This document shows positions 16,754-27,786 of a stretch of 63,963 nt of DNA, piece by piece. Source of the DNA: Candidatus Kerfeldbacteria bacterium CG_4_10_14_0_8_um_filter_42_10 (GTDB lineage Bacteria; Patescibacteriota; Patescibacteriia; UM-FILTER-42-10); contig PFMD01000025.1 of the NCBI GenBank assembly GCA_002784945.1, forward strand, positions 1 through 63,963, read 5' to 3'. Each line of letters begins with the position of its first letter. The first letter of the stretch is position 1. The position numbers were made by a program, and so were the translations under genes. The notes beneath the pieces were generated by a model that ran no database searches, was not told the origin of the DNA, and saw nothing but the letters and a program-made list of their open reading frames with translations.

Positions 16754-18802
16754 ATGAATATCAAACAGTTTAATTTTCATAATTTAACCGGTTGGATCGA
16801 AAACAAAGCATCCTCCTTGCTCTGGATCAGTATTATTATCTATACTGGTTTTTTTATAAGCGGGGTTTTTTGGAAATACGGTCACTATGGCTACAATGCT
16901 CTTGATTTGGGAATTTTTAATCAGGTGTTTTATAACACCAGCAACGGCGATTTATTTGCATTGACTATCCACCCCCATTCTTATTTGGGCGATCACTTTG
17001 AACTGTTTATCTTGGCGTTGATTCCTTTTTATCTTATCTTGCGCGGCCCGCTGACGCTTTTAATTCTGCAAACGTTGGCTATCGCTTTGGCGGCCTGGCC
17101 GCTTTTTCTGATCGCAAAAAAAATTCTGAGTAAAAAGCTCGCCTATCTGATAGTTTTGATTTTTTTGCTTAATCCTTTCGTTCACAATATTAACCTATTT
17201 GAATTTCATATTTTACCCTTTGCTCTGTTTTTTATTTTTTTTGTTCTCTATTTCTATCGGGAAAATAAATTCGTTCCGTTTGTAATATTTTTCTTAATCG
17301 CTCTTTTAATCAGAGAGGATGTGGCCTTGGTGTTAATCATGTTTCCGGTTTTAGCGCTAATTGATCAAAAATCAAAAAAATGGTTTTTCTTTTCCTTGTT
17401 GGCCAGTTTGAGCTGGCTGGTTTTGATTTTCTTCATTGTCCCTAGATTCAGTCATTATGAATCTTATAAGTTCTTGTTTTACTATTCCTGGCTGGGTGAT
17501 TCCTTGGGAAATATTCTTAGTAATGCTTTTCTTCATCCCTTAACAGTAATTGCTCATCTTTTTTCTCTTCCGAACATTTCCCTTATTTTAGCGCTTTTTT
17601 TGCCATTTTTACTGCTTCCCATTTTAAAGCCCAAATATCTGCTTTTATCGTTGCTTGTTTTTGCCCAGCTTCTTTTGGGAAGTTTCAGCGGTGAGTTAGT
17701 TTTAAAGACTCATTACAGCACTCTGCTGCTGCCCGCGTTGTTTATCGCTGTTATCATGGCTTTTGCTTTTATTCTTAATAAAGACGACGGCAAGCGATTC
17801 AATTGGCAATTGAAAATAAAAAATGCGATTGGCAAAGAGCTGCCTATTTTTTTGATCGTTCTTCTTGCCGTGACCATCTATGCTACCATTACCTTTGGCC
17901 CGTCGCTGCCGCTGGCAAAAAACCTCTTAAGCACCCAAGATGCGGGGTTCACACAGCTAAAAAATAATTATGTTAAATTAATTCCAAAAGATAAGGCGGT
18001 TGCCACTTCTTATGATTTCTTGCCGAAACTTTCTGGCCGAAAAAACATTTATTCTCTGCATTATGCTTATATCGGAAAAAAGCAATACTCCTCAGAAGCT
18101 TACCAGCTCCCCAGTACCGATTATCTATTGGTCGATACGAACGATTTCTTAATTTATCAAGTGCAGTATCCTTCTAATTCTTTTTATCAAGACGCTTACG
18201 CCAAAGGTGATGACCGTATTCGATCAATCATCGCGGAGCAAGGATTAAAATTATCCAACGTCAGTGATAGAATTTTACTGTATCAAAAAGGGGCCGCAGC
18301 AGCATTAACTCCTTATGCCATTTTTAATGAAGCTCCTCCAATCCAAAATTCCCACGAGATTAAGGCCGCTCCGGAAATAATGTTTTTAGGATGGGATTCC
18401 TTAATCAGTTCAGAAAACAACAATCCTACATTTCAATTACCCCTTATTACTTTACCAGTTTCTCTTTATTGGCAGGTTGAAGAATTGCCGCAAGATAATT
18501 ATCAGCTTCTTTTGAAAGTAACCGATAAAAATAATCGGATTAATTATACAAAATATTATCCGCTGGGATACGGCATTTACCCGACCAGCGAATGGCTTCC
18601 GGAAAAAGTCATCGAGACAAATTATTGGTTTTTAATACCCCAAATTAAAATCTCCGCCGACAGCACCGTGACTGTTCAGCTGGTTAATTTGAAAAAAGGC
18701 CAGCCCTATTTGGGGCTTGATGGGCTTCTCTCCGCTACCATGAAAAATGTGGAATACGAACCAGTGGGGGAAAAAATAGAAATTCCCCTGCCGACTGATT
18801 AA
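16754..18802 (+). CDS. DUF2079-like polytopic membrane protein (putative GT-C glycosyltransferase)
   Basis: 682 aa. GYNALDLGIFNQVFYN...HPHSYLGDHFELFILALIPFY matches the DUF2079 N-terminal pattern as recalled. It has many TM segments and a C-terminal soluble domain. Confidence 0.65.
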   Translation: MNIKQFNFHNLTGWIENKASSLLWISIIIYTGFFISGVFWKYGHYGYNALDLGIFNQVFYNTSNGDLFALTIHPHSYLGDHFELFILALIPFYLILRGPLTLLILQTLAIALAAWPLFLIAKKILSKKLAYLIVLIFLLNPFVHNINLFEFHILPFALFFIFFVLYFYRENKFVPFVIFFLIALLIREDVALVLIMFPVLALIDQKSKKWFFFSLLASLSWLVLIFFIVPRFSHYESYKFLFYYSWLGDSLGNILSNAFLHPLTVIAHLFSLPNISLILALFLPFLLLPILKPKYLLLSLLVFAQLLLGSFSGELVLKTHYSTLLLPALFIAVIMAFAFILNKDDGKRFNWQLKIKNAIGKELPIFLIVLLAVTIYATITFGPSLPLAKNLLSTQDAGFTQLKNNYVKLIPKDKAVATSYDFLPKLSGRKNIYSLHYAYIGKKQYSSEAYQLPSTDYLLVDTNDFLIYQVQYPSNSFYQDAYAKGDDRIRSIIAEQGLKLSNVSDRILLYQKGAAAALTPYAIFNEAPPIQNSHEIKAAPEIMFLGWDSLISSENNNPTFQLPLITLPVSLYWQVEELPQDNYQLLLKVTDKNNRINYTKYYPLGYGIYPTSEWLPEKVIETNYWFLIPQIKISADSTVTVQLVNLKKGQPYLGLDGLLSATMKNVEYEPVGEKIEIPLPTD

Positions 18803-18810
18803 TCATAAAT

Positions 18811-18836
18811 CCCGTTAGAAATTTAATTCTAACGGG
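18811..18836. repeat. CCCGTTAGAA-ATTTAA-TTCTAACGGG tight hairpin
   Basis: Perfect 10-bp arms, 9 nt after the stop at 18802. Confidence 0.9.
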
Positions 18837-18855
18837 ACACGTCTTATTTTTCATG

Positions 18856-18883
18856 GGATGGCAGACTGATTAGTCTGCCATCC
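18856..18883. terminator. Hairpin between convergent genes
   Basis: GGATGGCAGACT-GATT-AGTCTGCCATCC, 12-bp perfect stem. Confidence 0.55.
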
Positions 18884-18945
18884 ACTAAAATAGTATTAAA
18901 CTCGCTTTAGAGATAAATCTCTAATAGGGTTCGCTATTCATCCTA

Positions 18946-20616
18946 TTAGGAACTCCTTTCTAACGGGATAAACTGATAAATAGTCACCGTTTGATTACGG
19001 AATACCGCTTTAAGGTATTTTTTGTTTTCAGGATTAAAACTCCCTAATTCCTTTTCCGCCTCAGAATAAAACAGATAAATAATGCCGTTTTCCGCCAGAA
19101 ATTCTTTCTTTTTATCACTTTCTTCGTCTTTTTCCCAAAACCATTCCACCTTTTCTTTTTTATTCTCGTAATCAACCGTTTCTACGCCATGCCCTAAGTA
19201 AACCTTTCGGCCGGACATTCCCGGAATAAAGTTTCCATTAACTTCTTCGGATAACACTACGTCATTCCAATTAGTATTGTTCTTTAGCCAGGCCATGGCC
19301 TGAGAATAGTCATCGGCTAGATAAAAATAGGGATAAGAATTGTTCTGATAGAGTAAAACGTCATTAGCCAAAACATAAACATTAGAGAGTGCAAAAAAAA
19401 TCATAAATAAAAATCCCGCCAGAATTTTATTATTAAGCAGCAAGTTAATCTGTTTATGGGAAAATTTTTGAGATAAAAATCGGTAGATCGAAAACAGCGC
19501 CACTATCGCTAAAATAGTAATGGGAAAATGAAAATTTTGCGTCAGTCTTCTTTGGAAAGCAAGCGGGATATACAGCAAAAAAAGCTGAATCATGAACCAA
19601 ACAGCAACAAAGGAAATTTTTTCATTATTAATTTTAAGAGATCTTAAAAAACCTAAGATTGCCAGAATACCCAAAAATCCGTAACTAATCAACAACATCC
19701 AAGGAACCGGAGTAGTTAAAATATTCTGAACTGACCGGCCGGCCATTAAGGGATCGATCTTTAGAAACACTAAGTAGAAAATAACCGCCGGCGCGGCAAT
19801 TAATAATAGTATCAGCAAGTGCTTTATTTTAGAATATAAAATACGCTTTTGTTTAATAGAAGAGATTAAAAGATATGCTCCTAGAACAGAAAAAACTGTG
19901 GCCATATGAAAAGGATGGAACCAAAACCAAAAAAAGGAAACAATTCCCGCCCCGATGCTGTAACGATAACAGTTATTCTCCCAGGCTAAAAGAATAAGCA
20001 GGAATACCAATAGGAAAAGAGTAGAAGAGGCTAGGATATGAGGAAGATGATAAAGGGAAAGAAAAGAAATCGATTCGGGAACCCAAAGGTCCATGGGCCA
20101 ATGGTAATATCCGCCCGCAATGTATTTTCCCGACTCCAAGATCGGAGCAAGCAAACCGCCTAAACCGGAAGAAAATAGGAGCAAGAAAATGGTCAGCTTC
20201 CGTTTTATTTTATCGGAAAACAAATAAGCAATAAACAAATAGGCGGTAAAAATGAATAAGGGGATTAACAGTAAACGGCTCAATTGCACCGCCAGCCAGT
20301 TAGGCAAGCTGAAAATTTTGGCAAAAGTTCCGACTAGGAACCAGAAAGGCTGGAAATAAGGGTAGGCTTGGGTTTCTGAGGTATAGAGATCTTGAAAAAG
20401 ATAATGTCCCTGCTTTACTTGCTCAAGATAAGAATAATAAACATTAGAATCTCCCGGAGTTAAGGCATGAATGCCGGTATAAGTAGTGCCGGAGGGAGTC
20501 CTCAGATACCCGAATAAATAGGGCCCGGCCGTAACCACAATCACAATAATACAAAGCCATACTAAAAGCCCGCGTTCTTTAGCACTAATGGAGTGAATTA
20601 CTTCTTTAAATATCAT
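18946..20616 (-). CDS. Polytopic membrane protein, GT-C-like glycosyltransferase candidate
   Basis: 556 aa with more than 10 hydrophobic segments plus a C-terminal soluble domain. No family recognised by eye. The last 7 codons run through a TTCTAACGGG repeat copy. Confidence 0.5.
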   Translation of the reverse strand: MIFKEVIHSISAKERGLLVWLCIIVIVVTAGPYLFGYLRTPSGTTYTGIHALTPGDSNVYYSYLEQVKQGHYLFQDLYTSETQAYPYFQPFWFLVGTFAKIFSLPNWLAVQLSRLLLIPLFIFTAYLFIAYLFSDKIKRKLTIFLLLFSSGLGGLLAPILESGKYIAGGYYHWPMDLWVPESISFLSLYHLPHILASSTLFLLVFLLILLAWENNCYRYSIGAGIVSFFWFWFHPFHMATVFSVLGAYLLISSIKQKRILYSKIKHLLILLLIAAPAVIFYLVFLKIDPLMAGRSVQNILTTPVPWMLLISYGFLGILAILGFLRSLKINNEKISFVAVWFMIQLFLLYIPLAFQRRLTQNFHFPITILAIVALFSIYRFLSQKFSHKQINLLLNNKILAGFLFMIFFALSNVYVLANDVLLYQNNSYPYFYLADDYSQAMAWLKNNTNWNDVVLSEEVNGNFIPGMSGRKVYLGHGVETVDYENKKEKVEWFWEKDEESDKKKEFLAENGIIYLFYSEAEKELGSFNPENKKYLKAVFRNQTVTIYQFIPLERSS

Positions 20617-20619
20617 AAT

Positions 20620-22005
20620 TTAGTGAAATCCTAAAAATGGAGGGAAATAGTTTTTTTTAGTGGTGAGTGACAGGAACAGTAACGCAAGGAAAAATACTAT
20701 TAAAATAATACTCATGACGATAAAAACATAAGATAAGAGCCCTATCAGCGTAAATAAAAACACGAATTCGGGGAAATATTTTTTATCGATTAGCACCGCT
20801 AATGGTAAAAACCATAAAAAATACCAGGGTTGAAGAAAACAGGCAGCGTAAAGAATATATCCCAGAAGAATTAAAAAATTGCGGTGGACAAAATCATCCC
20901 CTTTTTGCTTGATTAATCTTAACTGCCAAAAATAAATTATGGCGAAAGCAATCATCCCGCCGATGCTGACTATTTTCATAATCTGATCAAGGGTTAGGGT
21001 TAATATACTTTTTAGTGAAAGAATGAAGTTAAAAAGAAAACTGGGGAAAAGTGAAAGATTCATGTAAGAGGCTATTTTAGATTGATCCGCTAATCCTTGA
21101 AAAATGCCAGTGCCTTTCCAAAAAGGTAAATACAGTAAAACCGCGGCGACTAATAAGATAGCGGCCGCCTTTATAAAAATCTTGATTCTTTCGCCAGGAA
21201 CAATAATTTCTTTCCAAAGAAACAAAAGAAAAACGGGAAACAGCAAAACGGTAATATATTTTACCAAAACGGAAAAAAGCAGCAGCAACAGGCAAAACAA
21301 ATATTTCTTTTTGAGAAAAAAATAGATGGCCGCTACCACAAAAAAAATCATCAATAAATCGTTATGGACGTTATTTACCGCTTCAAAAAGAATTAAAGGA
21401 TTCCAAGCATAAAGCAATATTCCCCTTATCCTGTAGTCGGGATTGATTATTCCCAGAATCTTCCAGATAAAGTAGATGATGCCAAAATTTGTTAATAGCG
21501 CCAATAATTTGTAAAGAAACTGATTCCAAAAAAAGCTGTCTTGGGCTAAATAACTGAATCCAATGGAAAGCGACGTCCATAAAGGGCCGTATTGCATGGG
21601 CAGATAGTTCCATTCTTGGGGCGAAAAATTATAGAAGAGGTCCGACTTAAACCCTTCCGTTGCCACCAGATAGGGGTTTTCTCCGTAAACTGTCTGAATC
21701 CTTGCCCGAAAAATATAATTAAAAACGTCCGCTGAACCAATGGAGGGAATTAAAATTAAAATAACACTGAAAATTAAAGCGAATAAAACTATGATTTTTG
21801 AAATTCTTTGGCTTTTTTCTTCCTTAATCAATCGATAGGCGGCAAAATAACTGATTAATAAACCTAGGCTGATAAGAAAAAAGTAGATTAAGATATGGTC
21901 ATTCAGCGGGGGGGTAGAAAGACTTTGAAAACCAAAGGGTATATAGGCCAGCAAAGCAAAAAGGGCGCTTATGATTAGTCCTAAAATGATTATTTTAGTC
22001 CTCAT
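20620..22005 (-). CDS. Polytopic membrane protein, DUF2029/GT87-like candidate
   Basis: 461 aa, hydrophobic throughout. Loop PMQYGPLW resembles DUF2029-type mannosyltransferases. 4-nt overlap with the upstream gene. Confidence 0.5.
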   Translation of the reverse strand: MRTKIIILGLIISALFALLAYIPFGFQSLSTPPLNDHILIYFFLISLGLLISYFAAYRLIKEEKSQRISKIIVLFALIFSVILILIPSIGSADVFNYIFRARIQTVYGENPYLVATEGFKSDLFYNFSPQEWNYLPMQYGPLWTSLSIGFSYLAQDSFFWNQFLYKLLALLTNFGIIYFIWKILGIINPDYRIRGILLYAWNPLILFEAVNNVHNDLLMIFFVVAAIYFFLKKKYLFCLLLLLFSVLVKYITVLLFPVFLLFLWKEIIVPGERIKIFIKAAAILLVAAVLLYLPFWKGTGIFQGLADQSKIASYMNLSLFPSFLFNFILSLKSILTLTLDQIMKIVSIGGMIAFAIIYFWQLRLIKQKGDDFVHRNFLILLGYILYAACFLQPWYFLWFLPLAVLIDKKYFPEFVFLFTLIGLLSYVFIVMSIILIVFFLALLFLSLTTKKNYFPPFLGFH

Positions 22006-22709
22006 TTTTTAAAGCGAAGCCTAAGAATGGTTAAGAAGAAATTCAATATCTCGGTTCTAGAAAGTTTTGATCTTCCTTTCACCCGGTCCCGAAAAATTAT
22101 GGGAATTTCTTTTACCCGGAAACCTAATTTTTCACAAAGAAAGATGGTTTCTTCCTGAAAGGAATAGCCGTTGCTTTTTACTTTTTGCCAGTCAATTTTT
22201 TCGATTACTTGGCGGGAATAACATCGGAATCCCGAAGTAACGTCTTTTGTTTTTAACCCTAACACTAAACGGGAAAACCACATCGCTCCTTTGCTCATGG
22301 AATTTCTTAGTACCCCCCAATTCAGAATTCCTCCATCCGGTATCCGGCGCGATCCGATTACGACATCATAGCCGGCTTGCATTGCTTTGATAAAATTAGG
22401 AATTTCTTTGGGATTGTGGGAAAAATCAGCATCCATTTCAAAAACATAATCCGCTCCCAGCGCCAACGCTTTTTTAAATCCCGCGATATAAGCGCTACCC
22501 AATCCCATTTTCCCGGCGCGGTGGATTACTGTTACTTCGGGATGTGTTTGGGATAATTGATCAGCGATGGCGCCGGTACCATCTGGGGAATTGTCATCAA
22601 TGACCATAATATGCAAATCAACAATCTGCAAATTCAAAATAGCTTTAATTAAATCAGCGAGATTATCTTTCTCGTTATAAGTTGGCAGAATAATAAATTT
22701 TTTCATCAT
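22002..22709 (-). CDS. GT2 polyprenyl-phosphate mannose/glucose synthase (Dpm1/Ppm1-like)
   Basis: ILPTYNEKDNL...VIDDNSPDGTG...DADFSHNP motifs. Confidence 0.8.
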   Translation of the reverse strand: MMKKFIILPTYNEKDNLADLIKAILNLQIVDLHIMVIDDNSPDGTGAIADQLSQTHPEVTVIHRAGKMGLGSAYIAGFKKALALGADYVFEMDADFSHNPKEIPNFIKAMQAGYDVVIGSRRIPDGGILNWGVLRNSMSKGAMWFSRLVLGLKTKDVTSGFRCYSRQVIEKIDWQKVKSNGYSFQEETIFLCEKLGFRVKEIPIIFRDRVKGRSKLSRTEILNFFLTILRLRFKK

Positions 22710-24385
22710 ATAAGTTCATAAACATAATCATCGTCGAATCGCTGAACTAATGGCATTTCTTGGTAAGAGGATAGCGATTCTGGAGTGATTCGGCGAGTGA
22801 AAGCGGAATCAATCCCTTGATGAATTATAACATAATTCACTCCCATACCCTTAAGTTCTTTTACTGTGTTACTACTAGGAAAATCTTTTAAAAGATCATC
22901 TTCCAATTTCAAATAATCCTGCGGAAAAAAACCGCTATAACCATTAACCAGTTTGTTCCAATGAAAAGTGGAAAAGTAAAGATATTCCGCGGTACGCTCT
23001 ATTCCCGCATCTAAAGGGAACTCTATAATCACCCGTTCGGACTGATCGGCCAACCAGCGATATACCTCAGGAACCGTTGCTGCTACTTTCACCTCTTCGT
23101 AATAAACCGGCTGAAAAGGAGGAATCCATAAATATTCTGCGAATATCAAGGTTCCTATTAAAATTGCTATTCCCCAAACTGTTTTTTTTGATTTTATTTT
23201 TTTAAACCACTCATTCAAGGCTAAACCTATTATCAGGCAAGAGGAAAATACCATTACGATAGAAAAACGCCCCAGGGCTCTAAGACTATCAAATCCGGGA
23301 ATTAATTTATAAAGTATCAAAAACGGGCCGACGATACCTTTGTCCCCTTCGGCTAATCGGATTAACACGCCAAAGGAAAGCAAAAAACAGACTAGGCCGA
23401 TCATCAGATAAACAAAGACCCAGTTTATTTTGTTGGAATCATGTCGAAATTTGCGGAACATAAAAATAACGCTAAAAATGCTTAGGAACACGAAGGTGAA
23501 TCCAAAATACATTATTTTTTCAATTGTTTGGGGATAGCCAATCCAATCTCTAAGTAATGGGGAAAAAGCAAAATAATCTACCAAGGTCGGTGAAAAATAA
23601 TTCACCATACCGTAAGAGCGAGCATAACCGACTTCATTGCTGATTTGTAAGTAGGGATAAAAAACCGGCAGGATTGCTACAATAATCGCTATCACGGAGA
23701 TAGCGAGCTCAATCAGGAATTTTTTACCGGGCCAGGCTCGGCGCACTACTGCAAAGTAAGTAATCAAAAAGATGGCCGTCACAATTAAGGTCATAAAGAA
23801 ATAATGGGCGCTCATATATCCCAATAGGATATAAACTAAAGTAAAGCCGACAAAATGGCGATTTTTTTGTTTTTTAACCAAATTATGCAGAATTAACAGA
23901 ACCAGCGGAAAGAAGAAAATAATCTGCAAATGCATCTGGCTAAAATGAATTATTTTATAGGGATTAAATCCGAACATTATTCCTAGTAAAACAGAAACGG
24001 CGGTATTTTTAGTCAAATACAAACCCAGCCGATACATAAAGTATCCCCCGGCTATAAAGAATAAGAATATTAGAATATTATTGGCCAGCATCGCATTATT
24101 GGTCGCGGCAATAAGAGGCCAGGCCAATAAGGCCGTGCCAATTAAATTTTCAGAATAGGCAAGGGTGTTAGCATGGGGATAAAAAATATTCGCATTAAAA
24201 ATCGCCAAGGGATTTTTCTGAAACATATGAACATCCCAGGCCAAATTCCAAGTGATAAAATAGGAATCGGCTCCTTCTTGCGTCCAATTGCTCAAATGCC
24301 AGATCAAAGGATAAGTTATGATAACGGTAAGGAGAAAAAAAAGTAAAATGACCAGCCCATCTCGTTTCAAAAAAGATTTGATCAT
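22706..24385 (-). CDS. Polytopic membrane protein, GT-C-like glycosyltransferase candidate
   Basis: 559 aa. N-terminal TM, then the acidic/aromatic loop GADSYFITWNLAWDVH...NIFYPH...LAYSENL, then many TM segments and a C-terminal soluble domain. Confidence 0.5.
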   Translation of the reverse strand: MIKSFLKRDGLVILLFFLLTVIITYPLIWHLSNWTQEGADSYFITWNLAWDVHMFQKNPLAIFNANIFYPHANTLAYSENLIGTALLAWPLIAATNNAMLANNILIFLFFIAGGYFMYRLGLYLTKNTAVSVLLGIMFGFNPYKIIHFSQMHLQIIFFFPLVLLILHNLVKKQKNRHFVGFTLVYILLGYMSAHYFFMTLIVTAIFLITYFAVVRRAWPGKKFLIELAISVIAIIVAILPVFYPYLQISNEVGYARSYGMVNYFSPTLVDYFAFSPLLRDWIGYPQTIEKIMYFGFTFVFLSIFSVIFMFRKFRHDSNKINWVFVYLMIGLVCFLLSFGVLIRLAEGDKGIVGPFLILYKLIPGFDSLRALGRFSIVMVFSSCLIIGLALNEWFKKIKSKKTVWGIAILIGTLIFAEYLWIPPFQPVYYEEVKVAATVPEVYRWLADQSERVIIEFPLDAGIERTAEYLYFSTFHWNKLVNGYSGFFPQDYLKLEDDLLKDFPSSNTVKELKGMGVNYVIIHQGIDSAFTRRITPESLSSYQEMPLVQRFDDDYVYELI

Positions 24386-24392
24386 TAATGTA

Positions 24393-25676
24393 TTAGTAGA
24401 CTGTTAAAAATTTATTAATATAGTAAAATGGCTGATTATTCCTCCAATCCCAAAGCCAAGAATGATCAGAAGAACCAAGGTCATTAAGCTTTTCCCAGGA
24501 CATGTCCCACGTAATTATACCAACAAACTGAATAAACACTGAATATAACAAAAAGACAGAAAACACCAAGACAGTGATTCTTTTTTGAAGCAGCTTCTGT
24601 GTAATTAACGGCACAAACATAAGAATAAAGATTGGAGTAAGGTCAACCAGCATTCGCGGTCCGTAATTAACCCCGCCGTACCAAGCCCACCATTTAGCCA
24701 TAATTAATAAATAGGTTAATACCGCCAACGATAAATAACGCAAAAGGAATTTTGGTTCTTTTGCTAAAACAAGGGGTCGTCGCCAAACCATAATTATTCC
24801 CCAAAGAGAAAATAACAGAAATGGAGTAAAAATAAACAATCCCCGGCTGGGGCTGATCAGCAGGCCGAAGAAACCTTCTAATAAATTACTGCTCCAGTTA
24901 ATAATCTCCTGGCCATACCCCGTGGCCCAAGGAGCGCCAAAATAGTAAGTGTTATAAAAAGCTAATAGGCTAAGCGGAGCGATTATTCCTAAAATGGCCG
25001 GCGGCAACACTTTTCTTTTATAATGTAAAATAAATAAGAAAAGGAAAGCGACAATAATTGCATTCATCGGCCGGGCGGCAATGGCCAGGCCGGCAAAAAG
25101 ACCGGTCAAGCAAGAAAACCATTGTTTTTCCGCCGCTTTAAGAAGAACGAGTATAGTTAAGGTTAAAAAAAGCTGGCTAGCACCGTGCTGCCATAAATCC
25201 TGACTAGAAATAGTCCAGGCACTGGTTCCAAAAGCATAAGCCAAGGTCAGAACAACTGCCCATTTTTCCGAAATAAATCTTCTTAAAATAAATAGAAGAA
25301 AAAGGGCGGAAAAAGTAGTGATTAAGGCGGCGGATATTTTAGTTAAGCTCCCCACCACCGCACTGGTAATCGGAGCATGAAAAATAAAAGGAACAACATA
25401 AACCGGGAGCGCTAAAAAAGAGGTAAGCACCGGGTATTTAGAAACAATTTTATCCTCGCTATTCACCAAAGAATTAATTCTTGCTCCTTTTGAATCCAGA
25501 ATGATAACTTCATCTAATTCTAAATTTCCTTCTTGAATAATGCTGAGGGGCAGGTATCTGTTGGGGTAGCCATCCGAGGTTCCTAAAAAATTCGCATTAG
25601 CTAAATAAATAACAAAGATACCTAAAAATAATAAGGTGGCTCTAATCCAGCGATCAAGTTTAATTGAGAAAAGCAT
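24393..25676 (-). CDS. Polytopic membrane protein, ArnT/PMT-like GT-C candidate
   Basis: 427 aa with about 10 TM segments. First loop is GTSDGYPNRYLPLSIIQEGNLELDE. Confidence 0.45.
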   Translation of the reverse strand: MLFSIKLDRWIRATLLFLGIFVIYLANANFLGTSDGYPNRYLPLSIIQEGNLELDEVIILDSKGARINSLVNSEDKIVSKYPVLTSFLALPVYVVPFIFHAPITSAVVGSLTKISAALITTFSALFLLFILRRFISEKWAVVLTLAYAFGTSAWTISSQDLWQHGASQLFLTLTILVLLKAAEKQWFSCLTGLFAGLAIAARPMNAIIVAFLFLFILHYKRKVLPPAILGIIAPLSLLAFYNTYYFGAPWATGYGQEIINWSSNLLEGFFGLLISPSRGLFIFTPFLLFSLWGIIMVWRRPLVLAKEPKFLLRYLSLAVLTYLLIMAKWWAWYGGVNYGPRMLVDLTPIFILMFVPLITQKLLQKRITVLVFSVFLLYSVFIQFVGIITWDMSWEKLNDLGSSDHSWLWDWRNNQPFYYINKFLTVY

Positions 25677-25804
25677 ATTTATTTACCCCGTCAGAAGCTT
25701 TTTAAATGTTAACATAAAAAACCCAACAATGTAGGAATAAGCAAAACGGGTGAAGGTCTCTAATGAGGTTTACCGATAGTCAAAAAATAGGATTACTAGG
25801 AGCA

Positions 25805-26482
25805 TCAATTAACTAGGCGATGTTTAATTAATGTCCAAAGGGCTACGATTCCATCCTTCCAGGTTATTTTTTTACCCTCGCTGTATTCCCGACCGGCATA
25901 AGAAATGGGAACTTCGTAAATACGATATCCTTTTTTTAATATTTTCGCGGTCAGCTCCGGTTCAATATTGAATTTGTCGGATTTTAAAGTAATTCCTTTT
26001 AATACTTCTTTCTTCATCACCTTATAACAGGTTTCCATGTCGGTTAAAGTAGTATTGTAGAGCAGATTGGTCATAAAGGTTAAAAAATTATTCCCGACCG
26101 CATGCCAAAAAAACATTGTTTTGCCCTCTCCCCTAAAACGCGAGCCGTAAACCACCTCGGCCTTGCCTTCTAAAATCGGCCTGAGCAACTGGGCATATTC
26201 GCGGGGATCGTATTCCAAATCGGCGTCTTGAATAAGGATTATGCCACCACTGGCTTTGGCTAAACCGGTGCGCACCGCCCGACCCTTGCCGTAATTTTTG
26301 TCATGATAATAAATTCTTACCAGCGGGTCTTTTATTTCCTCCAGAATCTCTTTAGTGCCGTCGGAAGAACCGTCATCCACCAAAATGATTTCCTTTTCAT
26401 ACGGAGCCGCGTTAACCCGGCGGATAATTTCTTCGATGGTGGCCCGCTCATTATAAACGGGCATAATAATAGAAAGCTTCAT
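25805..26482 (-). CDS. GT2 family glycosyltransferase
   Basis: LSIIMPVYNERATIEEII...ILVDDGSSDGT...QDADLEYDP. Confidence 0.85.
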   Translation of the reverse strand: MKLSIIMPVYNERATIEEIIRRVNAAPYEKEIILVDDGSSDGTKEILEEIKDPLVRIYYHDKNYGKGRAVRTGLAKASGGIILIQDADLEYDPREYAQLLRPILEGKAEVVYGSRFRGEGKTMFFWHAVGNNFLTFMTNLLYNTTLTDMETCYKVMKKEVLKGITLKSDKFNIEPELTAKILKKGYRIYEVPISYAGREYSEGKKITWKDGIVALWTLIKHRLVN

Positions 26483-27786
26483 GTTATTGGTTCATTAGAT
26501 TCTTGTTTCCGTTCCGTATTCTCGAAAAAATAGGCCAGAACAAAAATAACTATTAAATAAGCGATGTAGTTGTCATTGAGGAATCGGGAAAAAAACCAAA
26601 AGACAAAAAGAAATACTCCGTAATTAGTCATCATTTGGCCGATGGTATTATTCCGTTTTTGAACTAATCCGAGAAAAAACAACAAGGGAGCACCCGCCAT
26701 CAGTTGGATAATCCAAAACGGAAAATAGTCGTAAATCGTTTCCACACCCAGCTTGATCATCGATAAAAATTGAGAGAATCCGTAGCCGGTAATCGGATAG
26801 CTGGTCATTAATTTTCCGCTGGGATAAAGAAAAACATCCTCCCAAAAAGCATGAAAATCCCAAATAAGGAACGGCGCTAAAATCACCGCGCCCAGAATGA
26901 ATAAAGGATAAATCTGTTTTAAAACCGCTTTAACGCGCTGAAGGTTTGGAAAAGAGGCAGCGGTTTGAAAGTAAAGATACAAAAAATAAAAAGGAAACAA
27001 CAACCAGGCGGATTGCTTGCTTAAACAGGCCAGAGCAAAAGCAACCGCCGCGGCCTTGTTTTTTCGGCGAGCTAAAAAGTAAGCGGTCAGGATAATCAAA
27101 AAAAGCACGAAAAAATCATTACGGCCTTCAATAAAGTAATGAATAAAGGGCGGATTAAAAAGAAATAAAATCAGCACCAAAAGTGTTTTTTCCGTGAGCT
27201 TTCCCAGCCTGATAAGGAAAAAAACGGATAAAACCAAAGCAAGAGCTAATACTATTCTCTGATCGTACCAATTAAAAATAGATTCCGAAACCCAATAAAA
27301 AGGCGCGGATGACAGAAAATAAAAAGGCAGGTAAACATTGTGATAAAGCGCCGGATTGACGAAGATTTCGCCGCTTAAAATTTCTTGAATTTTACCATCG
27401 CTCCAGTCCGTTAAGGGAGTGTTCAGATAATCTTCGGAATAAAAATTCTTTCCCGCTAATAGATATTTAATCGCTTCTTCGGTTTGAATTATGCCGTCGT
27501 GAATGGAAGAATATTGATCTCCTTTATCCCGGTTCACGATATTAGACGCAAAAGGAATGAAAATCACTACCAGCGCCATGAATCCGACTAAAAATGACTT
27601 GGCCAGAATGAAATGGTCGGGATGCTTTTTTCGGTACCAAGTTACCACATCAATAAATATTAACCCCAGGATTATTAAAAACGAAATGAGATAACTTAAA
27701 ATTTGCGCTTCCTTATTGACATCATGGGTAATCGAAAGCCTAACAAAAACTAAAATAAAAAGTAAGATTGTGCTTAATGATATCAT
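26479..27786 (-). CDS. Polytopic membrane protein, GT-C-like candidate
   Basis: 435 aa, hydrophobic throughout. 4-nt overlap with the downstream GT2 gene. Confidence 0.45.
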   Translation of the reverse strand: MISLSTILLFILVFVRLSITHDVNKEAQILSYLISFLIILGLIFIDVVTWYRKKHPDHFILAKSFLVGFMALVVIFIPFASNIVNRDKGDQYSSIHDGIIQTEEAIKYLLAGKNFYSEDYLNTPLTDWSDGKIQEILSGEIFVNPALYHNVYLPFYFLSSAPFYWVSESIFNWYDQRIVLALALVLSVFFLIRLGKLTEKTLLVLILFLFNPPFIHYFIEGRNDFFVLFLIILTAYFLARRKNKAAAVAFALACLSKQSAWLLFPFYFLYLYFQTAASFPNLQRVKAVLKQIYPLFILGAVILAPFLIWDFHAFWEDVFLYPSGKLMTSYPITGYGFSQFLSMIKLGVETIYDYFPFWIIQLMAGAPLLFFLGLVQKRNNTIGQMMTNYGVFLFVFWFFSRFLNDNYIAYLIVIFVLAYFFENTERKQESNEPIT